A DNA stretch of 64,000 nt from an uncultured bacterium (GTDB lineage: Bacteria > Eisenbacteria > RBG-16-71-46 > JAFGJU01), in the NCBI GenBank assembly GCA_964570935.1, contig CAZMZP010000050.1, positions 891-64,890 of the forward strand. The letters run 5' to 3'. The notes beneath the pieces are model-generated. The model was given only the letters and a program-made list of their open reading frames with translations. It was not told the DNA's origin and did no database searches. Of this stretch, positions 58,801 through 64,000 are shown piece after piece (the stretch's first letter is position 1; the number at the start of each line of letters is the position of its first letter). Both the position numbers and the translations under genes were made by a program.

Positions 58801-59562
58801 TCAGCGTATGGTCACTGTCGCGGTCTGGTCAAACGGGTTCGTTCTGATGGCAAGCGAGAAGAGATACGCATAGTTCGCCTTGAGATACTTCATGTAAGAG
58901 AGCCATTCCAGGGCCAGCCGAGTGTAAAGTCTCTTAACGTCCCCGTCCAAGTGGCTGCAGTCACCCTCGGTCAGGCACGACACGTCTTCCCTCTGCGCCA
59001 GCTCTTCCGTCAGATGGAACACGGCTCGCAGAAGCTCGGTGAAGCTCTCGTGTTCGAGCACACTCGGATTCTGCAGAAGCCCAAGCAGGAACTCACGCTT
59101 CTCGAGCAGAAAGCCCCTCAGATGGCTCAGGTCAACGCGCGCCACGTCGACGTTGTAGTCGTAGCTCCTCAGACGCCCCGCGACCTCGGTGAACTCCCTG
59201 TCCGACCACGAGCCCGACACGATCAGGTGTCCTCTTATCACGTTCAGGTTCGGGTCGAAGTCAGACAGATAGGTCAGCAACCCGGTTCCCACTTCGCTGA
59301 AGAACGCCCCTATGACCATGCTGAGCTTCTCAAGCCTCTGGCTCTTCTCGCGCTGCCTGAGCAGGGCGTGGATTATCAGGGTCACCAGCAGCACTTCCAC
59401 GAACACAAACGCGAAGTCCTGGAAGATGTAGTAGAAGATGCTCCGCGCGTCCCTGAAGATGAGATACTGTATCCCATACACCAGCGCGGAGAGCGCCACC
59501 AGCACGACGCCGAGATAACCCTGCCAGCTCAAACGTTTCATCGCGGTCCGCATCCGCATCAC
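58801..59562 (-). CDS. hypothetical membrane protein (two N-terminal TM helices + cytoplasmic domain)
   Basis: 253 aa ORF with protein-like composition; downstream of the GAF/degenerate-GGDEF gene. Confidence 0.4.
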   Translation of the reverse strand: MMRMRTAMKRLSWQGYLGVVLVALSALVYGIQYLIFRDARSIFYYIFQDFAFVFVEVLLVTLIIHALLRQREKSQRLEKLSMVIGAFFSEVGTGLLTYLSDFDPNLNVIRGHLIVSGSWSDREFTEVAGRLRSYDYNVDVARVDLSHLRGFLLEKREFLLGLLQNPSVLEHESFTELLRAVFHLTEELAQREDVSCLTEGDCSHLDGDVKRLYTRLALEWLSYMKYLKANYAYLFSLAIRTNPFDQTATVTIR

Positions 59563-59703
59563 GATACCCCCGAACCGGTGTCACATACCTGGACTCCGGG
59601 CCCGGTAATCGTATTACGCCTGTGCAGCGCAGGTCAAGTGAATTGAGGCGGCGGAATGATGACGACGAACGTGATGATGTGAACGCGGGTCGAGAAGGCG
59701 GGC

Positions 59704-61995
59704 CTACGATGCGGTCTGTCCGTCCACGCTTCCGGTGATGAGGAGAGAGGCTTTTCTCAGGTCGCAGATGTCCTTGGGCCAGTATACCTGGACTGCCTTG
59801 AACTGGAGCTCCGGCGCCGGAGAGACGTATCTCACCGCGCCCAGCCGCCGCAGAAGGTCGTCTACTCTCCGGAGTATGGCGCCCCCCTCTCTGGGGGTCT
59901 GGGGGGAAATCACTACGAAGGTCGCCTCGCCGGTTCTGCCGACGATGTCCACCTCCCGGATGGTCTTCCTGAGTCCGCCGGAGAACTCCTCCAGGAACGC
60001 GGCTCTCCACTGGTCTCCGAGCCTCTGGAAGGCCCCGGTGAGTCCTTCGACTTCAAACACAGTGATGCAGAACCCTATCCCGTACCGGTCGTACCGCTTG
60101 GATTCCTCGTTTATTCTGGTGAGCAGCGTCTGCGCGCCGAGCAGGCCCGTTTCCCGGTCGGTCTCTCCGTACTGCTGGGCCTGCATGGACACGAACGCCC
60201 GTTCCAGGCCGTGAGCCGAGTATCCGCAGAAAGACCTGAAGAGCTCGCTCTCGGTCTCGTTGAACGACGGCGCGCCGCCCTCCTTCAGCCGGAGCAGGAC
60301 GCAGGCGCCCAGGCACCTCGTGCCGGCTCTCAACGGCCCCGCCAAGAACGACGTGACTCCCAGTCTTTCAAGTTCGAGGTTCAGGGTCTCGTCGGCCGCC
60401 TCACCCGAGATGCAGTTCATGTCCTTGACGCATTCGGCCATGAGAAGCTCCTTGGCTTTGGTCAGCCTCTCCGTCTCCTCCATGCCCTCGGTGCCGCCCA
60501 GTTTGTCCACCGACCAGCTTCTGCCGTCCTCGCACGCCACCAGACACGCGTCCGCCTTGAGGATCCTGACTCCCTCACTGGCTATGATCCTGACCACTTC
60601 CTCGACCTTCTGCGCGGACATCAGAGACGAGGCCACCCGGTTCAGCTCCGACAGCGCTTCCGCCTGTTCCCGCAGGCCGAGCATCGAGACTTCCCTGCCC
60701 AGCTCCTTTCCTATGAACCGCGCCACTCTGTCGAAGGCGCCCAGATAAGCTTCCAACTCGACGTTGCTGACGCGCACTGAGTCGAACACCAGCAGACCGT
60801 GCCAGCGGTCGGCCTTCATCGGGACGCATATGATGCCGAGCTCTTCGCCCTCCATCGAGGGCGCGACAATCCCGCCGGGAAGCAGCACCTGCGCCTTCCC
60901 GGACGTCAGGGCTCGGCCCAGGAATCCCTTTCCGCCGAATATGACTCCGGGAAGCGCCGGGTCGGCCACCTTGACCGACGTCGCGTACAGGACCAACCGT
61001 CCGTCCCTCCACTTGTCCGGCAGGTAGACGTAGCAGTCCCCTTCCACCCTCTCGGCCAGTGACGCGGCCAGGAACTGCACCTTCTCCGGGAACGAAACCT
61101 CCCTGATGAGCGCGTCCTCGGCGGCCTCTCTCAGAGTGAATTCGAGCGTCTTGTTCGTCACCGCGCTGTACTGCAGCGCCCTTTGCAGCGTCTCCGTCAC
61201 TCGCTCGGCCAGCTTCTCCAGCAGATGGAGGTCCTTGGCGTGGAATCTCTGCGGGTCTCTGATGCTGCTCACGTTGAGCACGCCGATGGTGCGGCCGCCC
61301 GCGACCAGAGGAACACACATCGCCGCTTTGACTTCACTCCTATCCCTTCCGGGCTTGAGAAGCTCGTTACCGGGTTCACCGGAAATGAGCATTGGTTTTC
61401 CGTCCCTGGCCACCCTGCCCGCAATCCCCTCTCCCATACTCTGCCGGGTGGAGACCACGGTCTCTCTACTCAGCCCCTGCGCGACCGCAATGCGCAGGTC
61501 CTTGCCCTTCTCGTCCAGCAGCATTATGGACCCGCACTGAGCTCCCGTGCATTCGATGGCAAGCTCCAGGATCCATCTCAGCAGCTTCTGCCTGTCTAGG
61601 GCAAGACTCAGGCTGTCGGCCAGTTTGCCCAGTACGTTGGATTCCTCCTCCCCCAGCGCCGGCTCGCAAACGGCCTGCGGCTCGGCCGCCGGTTTGGCCC
61701 CCAGGGCTTCTGCGGGTGTCAGAACCATGACGCCCGGGCCCAGCACTTCAACCAGAAGGGGTCTCGAATCGGGGTCGCCCAGGACCACTGCGTCCAGTTC
61801 CACCGAACCCAGCGCGGGCACGCTTGTCGTGGTAGGAAGCCTCATTATCTCACCGACCTTCAAAGCCACGGACGCCGCGTCCTGATCAGCAATCAGAACC
61901 AGCTCCCAGCGGCCGTCCTTGACGAGTGCCGGGATGAGGTCGAGGTCGGCCTCTTTGAGGCCGACTATGGCGAGTCTCTTTTTGTTATTGTCCAT
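59704..61995 (-). CDS. multi-GAF protein with degenerate GGDEF domain retaining the RxxD I-site (candidate c-di-GMP receptor)
   Basis: Start MDNNKKRLAIVG at 61995; the track start at 62049 would bury a sigma-54 promoter in the CDS; three GAF domains; C-terminal GGDEF-like domain with REVDIVGRTGEATF (compare PleD RESDVVARYGGEEF). Confidence 0.75.
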   Translation of the reverse strand: MDNNKKRLAIVGLKEADLDLIPALVKDGRWELVLIADQDAASVALKVGEIMRLPTTTSVPALGSVELDAVVLGDPDSRPLLVEVLGPGVMVLTPAEALGAKPAAEPQAVCEPALGEEESNVLGKLADSLSLALDRQKLLRWILELAIECTGAQCGSIMLLDEKGKDLRIAVAQGLSRETVVSTRQSMGEGIAGRVARDGKPMLISGEPGNELLKPGRDRSEVKAAMCVPLVAGGRTIGVLNVSSIRDPQRFHAKDLHLLEKLAERVTETLQRALQYSAVTNKTLEFTLREAAEDALIREVSFPEKVQFLAASLAERVEGDCYVYLPDKWRDGRLVLYATSVKVADPALPGVIFGGKGFLGRALTSGKAQVLLPGGIVAPSMEGEELGIICVPMKADRWHGLLVFDSVRVSNVELEAYLGAFDRVARFIGKELGREVSMLGLREQAEALSELNRVASSLMSAQKVEEVVRIIASEGVRILKADACLVACEDGRSWSVDKLGGTEGMEETERLTKAKELLMAECVKDMNCISGEAADETLNLELERLGVTSFLAGPLRAGTRCLGACVLLRLKEGGAPSFNETESELFRSFCGYSAHGLERAFVSMQAQQYGETDRETGLLGAQTLLTRINEESKRYDRYGIGFCITVFEVEGLTGAFQRLGDQWRAAFLEEFSGGLRKTIREVDIVGRTGEATFVVISPQTPREGGAILRRVDDLLRRLGAVRYVSPAPELQFKAVQVYWPKDICDLRKASLLITGSVDGQTAS

Positions 61996-62037
61996 TACCA
62001 AGCGCCCAAGAGGGACTTTGACACAAGCTCCCCACTG

Positions 62038-62053
62038 AGCAACACCCATGCCA
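62038..62053 (-). promoter_or_regulatory. candidate sigma-54 (-24/-12) promoter
   Basis: Minus strand reads TGGCATGGGTGTTGCT versus consensus TGGCACGG-N4-TTGCW: one mismatch, exact spacing; 44 nt upstream of the ATG at 61995. Confidence 0.45.
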
Positions 62054-62184
62054 AATCCCGGACAGACGTGCCGCGGATTGCCCCCGACTCGTACACCATA
62101 ACTCGCTCGCTTCCAGCTTGATACGGGAGTAGGCGGGAACTCGGCCGGCCTCCGGCAGTCCGGCTGTCGAGAGCAGGTTTGCAG

Positions 62185-62204
62185 AATGCAATCCCGATTG
62201 CATT
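62185..62204 (-). promoter_or_regulatory. perfect palindrome AATGCAATC-CC-GATTGCATT, candidate enhancer/UAS
   Basis: 9-bp perfect inverted repeat; about 135-150 bp upstream of the -24 element, the typical distance for an enhancer-binding-protein site. Confidence 0.35.
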
Positions 62205-62307
62205 TTGACTATCCCGGCGGAAGCCGGGAGTGCCCGGGTGCGGCGGCCTCTCGTCCAGTCCGCTCGAGGCCCGCCGCGGCCGCCGGGTGGACTCCGCCGG
62301 GGCCGCC

Positions 62308-64000
62308 TCAGCGCCGGATCAGCAGGCTCCCTGTCCCGACGTTACCCGCGCCGTCTATCGCACGCAGTCCGACCGTGTGTTCGCCGGTCGTCAGAGTGTC
62401 CAGCATTATCGAGAAGTCTTCGGTGCGCGAATCCAGCAATCCGTCCGCCGCCTGCGCCAGTGTCCAGCCGCCGCTGTCCAACGAGTAGTGCAGTTCCGTG
62501 ACTGCGCTCAACGCGTCGGACAGAGTGCCGGTGACCGTCGTACCCTGCGCCGTGTCTTCGCTCTTCAGGCGCGACACGACTGGAGCGGTGTTGTCCACGT
62601 CGAACGGAACGCCGACTGCTTCCGAAGTGAGCGCCTCCGAAGGCAGGTTTTTCGGCAGGTCGGTTACCTCCACACGAAGCAGGTATGAGCCGTCAGGCCA
62701 GTCAGACGTGTTCCACACGAACACCGTCTCCTCGATTGCGAGGTCGATGAGTTTCCACTTCTCTTCCTCGGGGCGCCTGTAGCTGACCGTAAACTCCAGC
62801 TTGTCGCCGTTCGGGTCCGAGGCTTCCCACGTCGCCGTTCTGAGCGTTCTCGCCCACGCCGCTTCCTCGACGGCCCTTTCCACATCGTCCTTGACCACTG
62901 AATACTCGACCCTGAGGCCTCCGGGAAGCGTCTGCGACACCCTTTCCGGCATTCTGTCGATGCCGCCGTCCGCGAACTGGACGCCCTGCGGGTAGACCCT
63001 GACGCCGGTCACCACGGGCGCCAAGTTCTTCTTCGCGAACGCCAGGCTTATCTTCCTCAGGCCGGGCGTCGACGCCCCCGCGCCCGACGTCAACCTGGCC
63101 TTCCACTGCACGAACCTCCCCGGCGGGATGTCCGCGACGGCGCCGCTCCTGGCCACGTCTTCGCTCCAGTCGCTCCAGGTCCGATTCGGCGTTTCCGAAT
63201 TGCCGCTCCTCAACTGCAGTTGCAGCGAGGCGCCGCGAGGCACGTCCGCGTTCCACGACAGCGCTCCCCAGCGCGAGACACCGCCCGTGTCGAACGCCTT
63301 CGAAACGAGCGTGCCGGATCGCGAAGCCTTCGGTCCGGCGGAGAACACGCGGGCGTTGTTGCCGGTGCTGAAGACCAGTCGGCCTTCGCTGTTCATCATG
63401 TCCAGCACCTGCGAGTCGGCCACCCTGTCCACGAGCTCGGTTTGACTTTGGCTCAGGCAAAGGATGCGTCCCTCGTCGCCCGTGCCCATCAGCAGGCTGT
63501 CGCCGGCGGCGGCCCAGAGACAGTAGACCGTCGAGCGCCCGGAGGTCCAAACCTTGGACGCGGTGCCGTCGTCCGTAATACGGTAGACGCTCGAACCCTG
63601 CTTTCGTTCATCCTGGTCTTCGCCGGACTGAGAAGGCGCGTCATCCAGGGCAGGTCCGGCCACGGTCCTGGTGCGCGCAATGGCCGCGGCATACGTGACT
63701 CCGCCGTCCACGCAGGCAACGTCCCTCACCTCCTGCTCGTCGCAGTCGAACAGCACTCGACCCTTACCGTTCGCGTCGATGGCGAGCACGAGCCCGGTGC
63801 CCTCCGTGCCGACGACCAGCCGGCCCTTCGCGTACTGGGCGCACATCACGTGTCTCTCGCCCGTCTCGTAGAACACCTCGCCCTTCCCGTTCGGACGGAT
63901 CTTGTAGACCTTCCCTCCGTCGCCGGTCCCGGCGTAAAGGTTCCCGCTATCGTCGAACGCGAGGCACCAGACGTAACTTTCACCGGTTTCGAAGAACACA
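62308..64000 (-). CDS. secreted beta-propeller / fibronectin-III-like repeat protein (5'-partial, continues beyond window)
   Basis: ORF open to the window edge; repeated blade-like segments (VFYETGE.HV.C...GTGDGG); C-terminal Ig/FN3-like segments. Confidence 0.6.
   Translation of the reverse strand, partial: VFFETGESYVWCLAFDDSGNLYAGTGDGGKVYKIRPNGKGEVFYETGERHVMCAQYAKGRLVVGTEGTGLVLAIDANGKGRVLFDCDEQEVRDVACVDGGVTYAAAIARTRTVAGPALDDAPSQSGEDQDERKQGSSVYRITDDGTASKVWTSGRSTVYCLWAAAGDSLLMGTGDEGRILCLSQSQTELVDRVADSQVLDMMNSEGRLVFSTGNNARVFSAGPKASRSGTLVSKAFDTGGVSRWGALSWNADVPRGASLQLQLRSGNSETPNRTWSDWSEDVARSGAVADIPPGRFVQWKARLTSGAGASTPGLRKISLAFAKKNLAPVVTGVRVYPQGVQFADGGIDRMPERVSQTLPGGLRVEYSVVKDDVERAVEEAAWARTLRTATWEASDPNGDKLEFTVSYRRPEEEKWKLIDLAIEETVFVWNTSDWPDGSYLLRVEVTDLPKNLPSEALTSEAVGVPFDVDNTAPVVSRLKSEDTAQGTTVTGTLSDALSAVTELHYSLDSGGWTLAQAADGLLDSRTEDFSIMLDTLTTGEHTVGLRAIDGAGNVGTGSLLIRR

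Overview
High-GC (~65%) bacterial chromosomal segment in which every feature I can support lies on the minus strand: 62 CDSs, 1 frameshifted gene, 6 tRNAs and 4 putative regulatory sites. The long plus-strand ORFs in the track are Arg/Pro/Ser-rich antisense artefacts. No CRISPR array, integrase or transposase was seen.

Content from high to low coordinate (minus-strand transcription order):
- 62308-64000: a 5'-partial secreted beta-propeller/FN3-like protein.
- 59704-61995: a 3xGAF plus degenerate-GGDEF protein preceded by a near-consensus sigma-54 promoter and an upstream palindrome.
- 27412-58732: a long housekeeping block (mutL, miaA, der, plsY, gpsA, surE, sigma-70 factor, apt, thrS-infC-rpmI-rplT-pheST, zapBA, rny, folD, xseAB, ispA, dxs, nadK, recN) with tRNA-Gly, 2x tRNA-Pro, tRNA-Arg(CCT), tRNA-Val and tRNA-Arg(CCG).
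- 3107-27307: an accessory adhesion/biofilm block.
  - M28 peptidase with a C-terminal sorting-type beta domain.
  - Active GGDEF cyclase.
  - EPS genes: Wzz-like co-polymerase, split BY-kinase, TviB-like dehydrogenase, TviC-like epimerase, polysaccharide deacetylase.
  - A complete tad/flp pilus operon (flp, tadE, cpaB, cpaC, tadG, cpaE, cpaF, tadB, tadC) followed by two uncharacterised envelope proteins.
  - A PglC-like priming sugar transferase.
  - A cytoplasmic GAF-PAS histidine kinase with a Cys-rich insert, and its sigma-54 (NtrC-type) regulator.
- 128-3083: lptE, holA, a thioredoxin gene broken by a 1-nt frameshift in its CGPC codons, and trxB.

The most noteworthy candidates:
- Two TGGCAT-N5-TTGCT sigma-54 promoter candidates that may connect the NtrC-type regulator to flp and to the degenerate-GGDEF c-di-GMP receptor.
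- The unannotated flp pilin.
- The two tad-associated unknown genes.
- The Cys-rich kinase insert.
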